Assembly: GCA_002633005.1 (NCBI GenBank)
Contig: NMRA01000046.1
Coordinates: 1,203,126 to 1,267,125, forward strand
Direction of reading: 5' to 3'
Source of the DNA: Phoronis australis
Lineage: Eukaryota; Animalia; Phoronida
Length of the DNA: 64,000 bases
Shown one piece after another: positions 24,613-36,747 of this stretch (position 1 is the stretch's first letter; each line of letters starts with the position of its first letter). The notes beneath the pieces were generated by a model, which saw only the letters and a program-made list of their open reading frames with translations, was not told where the DNA came from and did no database searches. A program made the position numbers and the translations under genes.

Positions 24613-27221
24613 CTTAATCACTGGTTATTCAGTTCAGATCAAGTACTACCTCTAACAGTCCCAACTAGGTTGGTGGATAGTCAAATTAAAGGTGTTACGT
24701 AACTTTATTATTTTACGTCATTAACTGTGACGCTCTCAATATATTTTCGACGTTAGTTTAGCGTAAGTACACGGTGCGGCGCCAGTGTTCCTGATTTTGG
24801 ACGTGATTTTCAAACTAGTGACACTTGCACATGACAATTTAACGTCCTACATATGCTCCCTGTAAGACTCCAGAATTGTAAGAACCAATACCTCTTTCTG
24901 TTACGTTCCATATCGTGATATCTTTTACGGCGTAAGTGCGCATTCCATATAAAATGTTGAAAAATCTAAATGAATTGGCTTGGCTGGTACGATCTGAAAG
25001 CATTAACGTATAAGTGTGTGTGTTATATTAAAGGTCGCAAGTTTGATCTTAGCCGAAACGGTCGCAGGCACGTTATTTCCGGGGTTAGGATCCATTTTCT
25101 AAAGAGCAGGGGAATATCACTGGTGATGTAAATATGATCGTAAATCGAGACAATCAAGTTGAATGGCAATCATCAGTCACATTAATTTTTTTTTCAAGAA
25201 ATATTGAACATGCAGCTGTATGTTTGCTGCATCCTTATAAAAGGAAATTAAAAAAATCCCTAAACATTGGACGGATGTCGAGTGTCATTTTGTCACATAG
25301 ATGGAAGTGATTAGGTCTAATCAGCATTTGCTAGTTGGTAATATCTCAATGACTGAAGCAAATGTGTTTTCAACAGCTATCTATTACAACAGTCTTGGTG
25401 CTCACATTCCTTGCCAAATCCTTGTAGAAAAATAGTGGGGCATGAACCACCTTTTATTTGTAATGTGTTACGTAACTTTATTATTTTACATTGACTGTGA
25501 CACTCTCAACGTATTTTCGACGTTAGTGTAGCGAAAGTACACAGTGCGGCGCTAGTTTTCCTATTTTGGGATGTGAGGTTTGTTTTCAAACAATGAAACT
25601 CGGAAATGATAATTTAATGTCCTACAAGTGTTTGCTATAAGACTTTAGACATGTAAGAACCAACCCCTATTTCTGACACGTTCCAAGTGCACAGTTCATA
25701 GGAAACATTGAAATATCTTAATAATTATTGTCAGTTAAAACTGAATATGATGCCTGTTTTGTTACAGGTCGCAAGTTTGATCGTAGCCAAGACAGTAGCA
25801 AGCACGTTATCTTCGGGGCTAGGATCCTGTTTTGAAAGAGCAGGCAATATCAGCTAGATTATTGATTTTTGTCGTGAAGTGTCGAACATGCAACTTTGTT
25901 AGCTGCGCCCGGGCATGTTACTTCAGATCAGACCAGTTATATTATTCCTAAACTCAGTTGATGGGCAACCTTTGGTATTTTGCGCTATTAGGCAGGGAAG
26001 TCTCATTCAACAAACGCCTTTTTATAGTGTACTATTTGGCTGATCTGTTTCGATACATTTAGTGCAGTTTTACAAATAATTCTATTTATCCCATATTTGT
26101 GAAAATACTCTAATTGTATAGGTTACGTTATCAACTTTGGAATACGGGAAAGTAGGGCCAATTCGTATATCACGGTACAGGCCGTATAGAACGGTAGAAG
26201 CCGTATTTCGCGGTTTGTGAGCAGTCTCTTGGCGTTCCTGAAAAAGCAGTTTTACAGCACTAAAAACGCACAATAATCAGGCTGCTGGTTTTGGGCCTCG
26301 CTGAAATTTCAATCTGGGTCATTATAACTAAATAGCTTACCTGGCCAACAAAATCAGCCAAAAATCTAATTCAAATCCAACGAAAACGTATCGTTATGAA
26401 TGCATGCAAAATATATGAGCACTGAAAAAACGTTTCGTTATGAAGGCATACAATATTTATACACTGAGAGGTAAGGTCTTTACAGGAAATTGCGACCTAA
26501 TATCGAGTAAGTGTTTTTTGCTGAGACAATCGTCTGCTCGCAGCGTTCCTCAACTCTCCGTCCCAGGCGGTCGTCACCGTGCGGTAGCGTAAAACCTGTT
26601 TGTTGCGTTACAGTCCTAACCGCAAGTTTTGCAAAACAGCACAGTTTTCACCGTTATTTTCCAATGCTGTGAGAAACACGGGGAAATGCTTCTATTACTA
26701 TTTACAGTCCAGAAGCTAAGACAAGAAAATATACCAATAAAACTGAGAAATTCATCGAAGCTAAACGAGACAATTCAACAAAATCATGTCGGTTGGCTCA
26801 AACGAGAAGAAAAGAATCTGAATACTCTTGCACACTAGATTAACAAAAGGTTTTTTCATATATCCACTTGACTGAAGGGTATCTGCATTCATGTCAAACA
26901 TGCTCCGCTGAAAAAGCACGAGCTCTGATAATAGTGGGACATTTATCTGGGTAGATCAGAGCAGATTCATGTAATTTCTGGTCTTCGTGAACTCAAAACA
27001 ACTCCAAAATCATTTGAGGCATCTGCGTCATACATAGACCACGAAAATGCCATCAAACATGACCCACTCTAATTTCGTCATTTTTGATGGAACCACGAGG
27101 CCCTAACCGTGGCCTTAGGTCCAAGACTCAAGTCACAAATTTTATTTGATGCACCCATTCAAATATTTAAGAAAAATGCTATACATGTAATTCCACTTCA
27201 GCGAAAGAGTAAGAAAAAATT

Positions 27222-27501
27222 GCCAATTGTGACATTCTTCGAGCTAGCTTGACACGCTCGACCATCAATCTTCCTAAATCCTTTGTAAGTCTAAAGAAAT
27301 AATACCTGTTGTGTCACAAACTATGGAAAGTCGTGGGACTTGAAAACAGCAAAACTTATAAACCTTTATGTTTTACGTCGGCAATAGAAATTTGTAAAAT
27401 GACCATCTCTTACCATTGTACGAGTGGATTTCACTCATTTTCCTTTTCAATTCCGTGTGAAGAGAATCTATCAGAACGATGTTCTTAGTTTTAGCAGCCA
27501 T
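27222..27501 (-). pseudogene. Truncated duplicate of F-BAR gene exons 1-2
   Basis: Exon 1 copy MAAKTKNIVLIDSLHTELKRKMSEIHSYN is 88 nt versus 89 (frameshift on splicing, early TAG). Exon 2 copy lacks 12 nt (EKEY) and runs into sequence homologous to about 17310 downward; the intron between them is also homologous. Confidence 0.85.
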
Positions 27502-27743
27502 CTTAATCACTGGTTATTTACTTCAGATCAAATATTACCTCCAATGATTTTAAACGATTTTAAAGTCCGAACTACGTTGGTTAATCAAATTATATGTTAA
27601 GTGTCTTATGTCATTCAGTGTGACACTCTAAACAGATTTGATTTTGACGTAAGTTCACCAAAAGTACACGGTGCGGCGTCAATGTTCCTGGTTTTTGATG
27701 TGATTTTGTTCGAAACTAATGGCAGTGGAAAATGACAATTTAA

Positions 27744-30700
27744 GAGTGACTCCATATAAAAACCAACAGGTAGAGTCTATACCCAAAATCACAGTTTTTT
27801 TTGAAACTGAGCACATGAGTTTGGTTTGTTGAGATGTATATAAACCTCACTTTTTAAGAAATTTCATTCATTATTTTTCTTTTTATGACCCGTACCTCCA
27901 TTTAGCAACAAAATTGGGCGTCGAAGTAGGCATGTTAGAATGCATTTTAGTAGCATGTGTGGTAAGGTCAAAACAAATGAACAATACGAATTCAAAGGTC
28001 AATGGCTGAATAATTTAATGGCATAACTTTCAAATTCATTTTTAAATTTGTACGTTTTGAATTTGTGAGTCAAAAAAGGCTATTTTTCAAGTTTTCACTG
28101 AAGCCATTTTTGGCCAAATTTGGCACTCTGTAGCAGCCATAAGGCACCTTTCCTGAAATTGACTTCATAATAATTTGTTCATTCATTCCTAACCTGTTCA
28201 TAATCTAAAATAAAAAAATCTTGCCTCTAAAGTAGTTTTTGCGTACGAAGCATTACACGAACTGCACTTCGTCCTTTTGCATGTTTTCAGTTGCCTCTGC
28301 TACCAATAGGGGGCTCTTGGAACATACTACTTAGCTTGTAAACACGACATAAAAACCTTGTATTTTGGAGAAAATGCAGACAGCATTATTAATTACCATT
28401 CTCTGAAAACGGCATTGATGATTATTGCTTATTACAAAAAATATGTACGTAAATCAACTGGCATGGGTGCTTCTGAATGATAGATGGCGCTGCTTTTGTT
28501 TATGTGGAGACTGAAGACGCATCTAGAATTAGAACAGTAACACGAGGACCTTGCTATAAGTCAAGACTTCGCGAGATATTGCCCTGCATTTTAAATGAGA
28601 ACACGTGGTTTTGGATAAATTTTGGAGAGGTTCTTGTGTTACTGAACTCACCCCTGCCTTACTCTTGTTTTCTATCTGTCTTGTTCGTGCCACAGGTAAA
28701 GGAATGCACCCAAGGTGTATATGGCCCCCTAGTGTTCAGTGCAAAAATCCTTCAACCTGTCAATAGTCATTGTAACTTTGGGTTCATATTGTAATGTCCC
28801 TGCTGGTTGCCACAAATTTTAGTCGCCACCAGTCCCCAGAAATATTGTGTTTCCCCCCAAACACCGGGCGGCCCTATTTCTGCCAGTGTGATCATCAGTG
28901 GTATAAAAAGGTACACATTCACAGTCAATAGAAAATAATTCACGAGAGACAATTTTACTAATGACTCATTCATGACAGACATGAAGAAAACAGAATTAAC
29001 GGTCTCGACTTCATATATCACATGTTATGCTTCGAAAACAAGGCTGAACGTTGAGCACATTTACCACTTCATTCAGTAAATCTGACGACCTGACAGCATC
29101 TTCAGCAGAAATAGCATCGTCATAAATATTGTTGCAGATCGACAACCTCGAAAAATCCACCAAACTGCGATTCACTTAACATCACAGGATAACACTTCCC
29201 CAGGGGGTTCTCGTAATGTTAGTTCTCCATTTTGGCACTTCCGAGGGTGAACGTTTTTACTGACTTATCTTCTTCATCGAATATGTTCGTCAGAAAGTTC
29301 TTAACCTTTACTGAAAATCTTTTTGACCTTTTACCATTTTTCAATGTCTAACCTATTGCTTTAGAATTCGTCTCATCCAAATAGTACTCTGCAGAGGCTG
29401 CCTCAAATGACGCTCCGGTTCTTGCATCTGAAAGCATTTCTGACCACTGTCGTGCGATGTGGTTATACGTGCATGGTTTCCCTCTGCAAATGTTCAGTGT
29501 GGTTGCCCACATCCAAGTGTTGACCTATGTAGTTCTGCCTGTCTGTAGTAAAAAAATCGAGTAACCTTGCTGGGTACAAGGGAACTTTTGTTGAGGCTCT
29601 TCACTAGATAAAATGCCAACCTTAACTCTTGGTGTTGAAAATCCGCCATGTCTAGAGATGTTACTGTATTTTAGAGAAATAGGCTTCCCATTTTCTCAGT
29701 ATTTATAAGAATATACCGGCACCTACATGGGATGATTTCCACACGTGAATTCCTTGGGTGGAATAGTGGGAATTTGGTGTTGTTATACCAGGAACTGAGT
29801 ATTTTGGAAAAGACTTAGTTGCATTGACTGAACATGCATACACATAACATCCCTTCACAAGGCCACTGGAAAGTAATGCTACTTTTAAATCCAGAAAGTT
29901 TATGATATTGTTACCTTCAGCTACAAAGTACTTCGCATGTTGTTTGATTGGAGCGATCTTGCGATCACAGAGATCATTTCCATTCTGACTTTCACTAAAG
30001 TCATATCTCGAAACAGAAATGCCGGTAGAATTTGACAAGGCTGCTACGTTCAGGAGGATAGGAGCAGAGTGGTAACATCCAGCATTACCTGACTCTTCCA
30101 TGACTGGTCCTGTTCAGGCAGAAATACACCGACTAGGGGTAGTACGAGTCCGTACTCTGGCACAGGCCTTGCTTTGTGAGCTACTTTCCTGTATCTCAAA
30201 TGTTCAGTGGTGTCTTTGACATAACTCACTAAAGCACAAAGCTGTTGTGATTGGATTTTTTGCAGAATAAACTCTAAAGGAACATGAAGGCCCATCGACA
30301 TCGTCTGCCATTTTGTCTTTTTAAACTGCACTAGTCTTGCTTCTCTCAAAACCAGCCATTACAAATATCAATTCTTACTTGTTTAATCTTAAAGGCATTT
30401 ATTTCCATTTAAAAGTTCTACAGAGTGTTTAAATTAACCTGATAATGTAAAAGAAATGAAAGAATACAAGAGGGTTACACGTACATTTTTTATATATCCT
30501 CAAGCTTAACCTCAACTGACTCCCTCAGTGGGCAAAGGTCATCGGGTTCAGTTTTGATACTAGCCGCGTAATAAACCCGGAAAACATCTTGTTTTCATTT
30601 GAAAGAGTTTAGACTTGGTTTCTATAACTATTTAAAGCAGACTTCTTGCCTAAAAGTTTTTTCAAATGGTTTGTAAACTCTGCTCGTCCTTTCCAAACTT

Positions 30701-31240
30701 TGAAAATAGACTGTTTTGCAAGACAATTTTCACTAAAGTGCAAAGTTGAGGCAAGATTTTTTATTGCTCAGTCATCAAGACTAACTCTTCAACTGTATGT
30801 TCAAAACGTCCCATAAGGCTACAAGGTGTTTTATGGCAGTAAGAAGGTCACAAAAATGGCCACTAAAATTAGCCCCAAAAAGTGGTCTGTGGATTATCTC
30901 CCTTGTCTATCACAAAACTATCAGATTTTAATAAATGACAAAGAATTATCCACAGTATAAGTTGGTTATTTCCGCCACCAAAATATAGCTTTTGATCTAT
31001 TTTGTATGTTACTCATTTTTGTTGCTGAAAACATGCGATTTTTGAGACGGCTAATATGCCCAATTGTGCCAATTTGTGTTATCATGCTCCAGCGGCGAAA
31101 TTAGGGGTCATTGAGTGCACAAATTTTGGCATGTGGGTTTTTGTTAGGATACCTACCCATGTACAAAAATTGAAGTTGTTTTAAATTTTGACGTATAGAC
31201 TGATTTTTGAAAATCTACTGGTTTTTATATGGACTGCCTC
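27744..31240 (-). mobile_element. Sola3-type DNA transposon, decayed
   Basis: TTAA-GAG...CTC-TTAA termini with TIR GAGxxAxTCCATATAAAAACCA. Transposase remnants NAGCYH, RYDFSESQNGNDLCDRKIAPIKQH and KRFSVKVKNFLTNIFDE. The paralog at about 24840 has a single TTAA. Confidence 0.85.
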
Positions 31241-31691
31241 TTAACGTTCTACAAAAAAGTTCCCTGTTAGACTCCATTTTGTAAGAAACAATACCTCTTT
31301 CTGTTACGTTCCATTTTGTCATATCCATTATATAGCTTAAATGCATATTCCTTAGAAAACTGTCATGCAAAAAATGCCTTTGACAATTCGCTGTTTGACT
31401 TGACGCGTTTGAATGCATTTAGTGCATTTTTTCAAGTATTCGTAATAACTCAAAGGTTTTTTGCAAGAAGGAAACCCCTTTCTAGGACTAATTGGCTCGT
31501 TTTTGTTGGAAGGATGAAAACAATTAGTCTTCTCTGACACAACGGAACCGCAGTTCGAGTGGGTTGTGACTAGTTCACAGCTATTTAGTTGTAGTTAATA
31601 TGTATACACCTGTGCTGACTGTTAATAAAGTTTGCTTATAAACCACATTTCTTTTTATTTCATACCCTATATTCTTCTGTTATTCGTTTAA

Positions 31692-34600
31692 AGACATAGT
31701 TTCACACCAAAACAACTGCTTTTCAAAACAAGTAATAGCACTGTGTGAATCAGTTGCACAGGGCAGTTCTTGTCCGCACAGCTTGGTTAATGAGAAAAAC
31801 CAGCAGTAATGACTTTTTCCGACTTCATCCGAGACAATTCTGAAAACAGGCATATGCGGTTACTTAAACGTCTGTGATGTCACATCAGGAAGACAGTTGT
31901 GTATTGCAATGGCTACAAGCAGTCAATCCTCCAAAATTTTGCTTACTTCATTTGATAATTCCTTTCAACTCCATTTGTTGGCATAATTAAATTCTTTTTC
32001 GCCAAGGAGATCTAAAGACCACTGCATCACAGATAATCAAGTCTAATACAAAATATTGCAGTTTTCATTTTTCATTTTCAGCAGTGAGTAAAAAAGGTGT
32101 AACCTTTTAATTTAACCACGTATATAATTGAAATTTGAGTGGAGGTGGCAATCTCAATGAAATTTTGAAATGGAAGTCTTCTGAACTTGTTTTTTGAATT
32201 CATGTGTTAATCTACTGAAATAATACTAAACCCAAGGCATCTAGAAATATTACCTGAAGATCCCAGTGAACATGTTATTTTAGCCGTTCATTACGGCAAG
32301 TGAATTCTATCATGCTTTGGTCATTGAGTCATATAAATCAAAGAACGAATCAGTGGACGATTATGATTTAATCCACTGTTAAAATTAAAATCAAGTGCTT
32401 TCAGTCGGAATTATACCTTTGGTTTCTACAGTGAAAGAATTTCAAGGTAGTTGAAGGTTACCGCTACTGTACATAAATCACAATTGAAATAATCTCAGTA
32501 GAGTAAAGTTAATATGTGAGTAAAAATGATCTAATCTTTTACCAAAATAAGTAATTTAGAATGCATAGTTGCTTTTTTGTAGCAGCTTTCATCAAAATGT
32601 ATCAAAGTTAAAACTTCACCAAGTACAAAATAGATGATTGAACATGCCCTTCAGTTCAGCAGAAGTCGCCATGTTGTCGGTGCCGCCGGAAATGAGACTT
32701 AGTCCAACATCTTTATCACTCAATATGTAACATCTGCTTGGCTGAAATCCAATGAAAAAACTATTGAATCGCTCAGAATAGTAGGTATAGATCTTTCTCA
32801 CTAAATTTCATCGTAAATTATTGGTGAAAATAAACTATGCACGGTTTTAAATTCGTAGCTTATGCCGCTGTTGTCCAAGATGGCCAACCAGATCCAAACA
32901 AATGACCTAAATTTCGCCACCAAAATTGCAATAAATGTGCAATGCTTAACCCGATTTTGTCCATAGGTTTGTACTGGGACTATCTTGCTCAAATGGAATC
33001 CTTCTGTTTGTTAGAATGGGTTTATTATGCAACTTTCGCCAATTAATTCTCTGAAATGTGACACATATGCACATGGTCTTGTGTGTTGCTGTAAACATGT
33101 TACAGTAGTTAGAAGGGACGTGACCCGATCATTGCAGAGTCAGTGCACAGTGTCCATTGCTGTGTGCCAAGGGGGGAACTTTTGTTTTTTCAAATTTAGA
33201 CGGATTTTTAGATTCAAACTGCCGTAAATATTGGAAAAAGAATGCCTGACCGTTGTGTAGTTGGAAGCTGGGGCATACGCCAAGGACTGGGTATCTTTGC
33301 ACAAGTTTCCCATTGATTCAAGACTGCATGACCCAGGGGCGGATCCAGGATTTTCATTTAGGGGGGGGGTAGAGTATTAGTAAGGATTTTCCCGTCAGAC
33401 GGCGCACCCCCGAACTGCCAAATGGAATCTTGCGAAGTCCACGAGTGGAGCGTCGCCGTATTCGGTAGTATGTAGCGAACATATTTCTATGGACTGCTTC
33501 GAGAACGACAGCCTGCGATCCGAGTATAGTAGCAAACCAGGATGAGAGTATTCAAAACGGTACATGCTAACGCTTTCCAGAAGCTAGTGGGTCTTGAGCT
33601 AGTATTGAACCTAACATTCAAAATGGCGGATAGCATCCACGGACACTGTAGGACAGGATTAGTGCTAGAAGTAGCCAGTGGATTGCTTTTCTTTTGAATT
33701 ACAGTTTTTGCGACATACCGGTAAGTGTTTGTAGGTGGATGGGCTGAATAGCTTGATGCTCGTTACCTGTCGTTGCAATCCATTGAATTCTAATCTAGTC
33801 GACCTCTAGCTGGACTGAATGAACAGTGAAAGTAAGGCTGTCCAACCATTTTTTCGGTTTGGAAAAAATACTTCAATATAATCGGAAAGATAATGCATCC
33901 CACTCAATAAAATTGAAAAATATCAGAACGGGTTACGCAGTGCAAATTTATTGCAATTTTGGTGGCGAAATTTGGGTCATTTCTTTGGATCGGATCGGCC
34001 ATCTTGGACAACAGCGGCATAAGTTACGAGTTTAAAACCGTGTATGAATTATTTTCACCATTAATTTACGATGGAATTTAGTGAGAAAGATCTGTACCTA
34101 CTATTCTGAGCGATTCAATAGTTTTCATTTGATTTCAGCCAAGCAGTTGTTACTTATTGAGTGATAAAAGTGCTCACAATTCCCGTTGGTCTCATTTCCG
34201 GCGGCACCAACAACATGGCGACTTATGCTGAACTGAAGGGCATGTTCAATCCGTTATTTGTAATTGTTGAATATTTAACTTTGATACATTTTGATGAAAG
34301 CTGCTACAAAAAGCAACTTTTCACAATGTTTATGTTTTTGTGCAAAAATATTAGGAATATTCTAATTATTGTAGTGTCAATATCCCATTCAGTTGACCAT
34401 ACACTCAGCTGAAAAATAGTTGAAAACGTTTTGAAATCGTTTTTCTTTGAATGTCAATTGTGCTTCAAGGTTTGATTATGTGCCACAACATAATTCATAT
34501 TTTCCTAAATTTTACGGATGAATCGTTCTTTAAATACATACATGTACGTTGTAACTTTTTGCTTTCCTAATTCAAGTTATCAAGGCCTATAATAGAAGGC

Positions 34601-35314
34601 TCTTAATTAGAGTAATAGGCTATGCTGGATTGTGAAGCTTCCAGCCTTCAATCCTTTTTTCCATGCAACTTCTTTGTAATGCTTAATTAATGTTCAGAAG
34701 TACTCTGCATTCAAAGTTACTTATTTTGGTAAAAGATTAGATCATTTTGAATTACATATCAACCTTACTGTGCTGAGATTATTTCAGTTTTGACTTATGT
34801 ACAGTAGATGTAACCTTCAACTACCTTGAAAATCTTTCACTGTAGAAACCAAATATATAATTCCGACTGAAAGCACTTGATTTTAATTTGAACTGTGGAT
34901 TGAATCATAATCGTCCTATGATTTGTTCTTTGATTTCTATGACTCAGTGACCAAAGCATGGTAGAATTAGCTTGCCATAATGAACGCCTGAAATAATATG
35001 TTCACTGGGATCTTCAGGTAATATTTTTGATGCCTTGGGTTTATTATTATTTCAATACATTAACACATAAATTTAAAAAAACAAGTTCAGAAGACTTCCA
35101 TTTCAAGTGTCCTAGTAATTCTGTCATTGAGATTGCCACCTCCACTCAAATTTCAATTATATACGTGGTTAGATTAAAAGGTGACACCCTTTTTACTCAC
35201 TGCTGAAAATGAAAAAAAATAAAACTGCACTATTTTGTATTAAGCTTTATTGTCTGTGATACACTGGTCCTTACATCTCGTTGGTAAAAACAATTTTGGT
35301 TTGAAACTATGTCT
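31692..35314. mobile_element. 3.6-kb TTAA foldback element (Kolobok-like) with about 1-kb inverted arms and a central THAP remnant
   Basis: ttaa-AGACATAGTTTCACACCAAAA...TTTTGGTTTGAAACTATGTCT-ttaa; 31990-32960 mirrors 33930-35295; loop encodes MPDRCVVGS...SLHKFPID...VVCSEHISMDCF (33242-33505). Confidence 0.8.
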
Positions 35315-35318
35315 TTAA

Positions 35319-35637
35319 GGAATTTCACTAGACAGGGTTTCTCAAAAAGACGTAGCCTCGCTACGCCCAGCTGTAAAATGTCTGACTTGCCAAAAACCTC
35401 CAGTTTGGCGTTTTTTGTTCCTAAAATCACACATTCACGATATCTCCGGTACAAAATGGAAGACAAAAATTCGAACACTCTTGTAGAGTATATTCTAGAA
35501 GTTTAAGTTAAAATATGTCATTAACCGCCACATTTTTCCTATTTGTTTCTAATTTTAAAACACATAAAGTTGGCTGGCTTAAAAACAAAACGAAATAAGG
35601 CGCTTTAATGTTAAAAAAATCGACCTTGTGAAATTCC
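35319..35637. mobile_element. Small MITE sharing the TTAA at 35315-35318
   Basis: ttaa-GGAATTTCAC...GTGAAATTCC-ttac. Confidence 0.55.
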
Positions 35638-36396
35638 TTACCGCAATAGTTTCTTGAGTTGATCATGATGATGGTGTCAGTATTCTTGTTGTTTACGGGA
35701 AGAAATAGGAGATCGATTTTAAAAAAAGCAAATGGCGTAATTCCAATTTTAGCAAGCCGAACAGTGCTAAATGTAACTTAAAGAGTTTGAATTGAAAAAT
35801 GTTGTTGTCACAATATATTAAGAAGACGCTTTAGATCATATTCATATTTTGTGCCGCGACTTGTGTCTGGTAACCTCAGACGACATTCGATTTTGACAAT
35901 ATTGACCTAGTTTCAAGATCATGATGATGAAACGTGACGTGAAATAAACCGAGTGGAAGTTCATTTCTAAAATAAAATGTATTCATTTAAGACTTCTTGG
36001 AAAATTTTAATAAAACAGAGTGGCTGTTGGGAATGTATCGTTGCAAGGATATTCACGTGGCTTAACTGCTTTGGAATGCAACAAATTTGTAGGCCGACGA
36101 GTTTACTGTGCTAACCATTGTAATCGTCATATTTATGATAATCATTCTCCCCGACTTTCCTGCTATAAACATAAATACACATTGTCAGTATGCCACCTCC
36201 TTCTTTCTAGTCTTTAGTTCATACAACTGCATCAGCAATTTATCTTTTTCAACTGCTCTAAAGACAAATGCTGCAACGCTAGAATGAATTTCAATATCTC
36301 CATGAGAACGGGTACACCTGGTTATCTGAAACGTCTAGCAACTCTTACAGTTCACTCTGATAACTATACGGACATTCATCCGTGTAGCCAAATGAC

Positions 36397-36747
36397 ATGT
36401 TCCTGACTCTCTTGCTCGGTTTGGCGTCGTTGTCAATATGTCTTGGTTTGACATCGTCTTATCCTTATCAACCGATAGTAAAAAACAAACAACCTAAAGA
36501 CTACAATGCGTTGTTTTTTCAGTTTAAAGGCGTTTGCCGTGAAAATGAATCGTGCACTTATGTTCTCGAAACATCCTCGGGGCGTCTTGATGATCCAATA
36601 GTGATGGAGAAGTCACAGCTTCAGCAACTGATGGAGAAGCTAAACCACCACGAACGAGTAATTATGCAATTGGAAGAGTTGCTTCTGAGAAGTGATGGAG
36701 ATTCACGTAGCAGACTTGATAGAAGGGCAACGTCCAGTGCGTATCAG
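36397..36747 (+). CDS. Secreted EGF-repeat fibrinogen-related protein, exon 1 (signal peptide, Cys motif, coiled coil)
   Basis: Hydrophobic MFLTLLLGLASLSICLG, CxxxxxCTY motif, heptad-like LQQLMEKLNHHERVIMQLEELL, basic RSRLDRR site. Donor CAG|gtaact, phase 0. Confidence 0.8.

Larger units (their letters stand above)
15905..31560. repeat. Decayed tandem segmental duplication array around the F-BAR gene
   Basis: Paralogous same-orientation blocks: 16110-16700 with 24720-25110, 25490-26100 and 27610-27743 plus 31241-31560; 16850-17310 with 26755-27230; 17740-17945 with 25245-25450. Confidence 0.8.
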
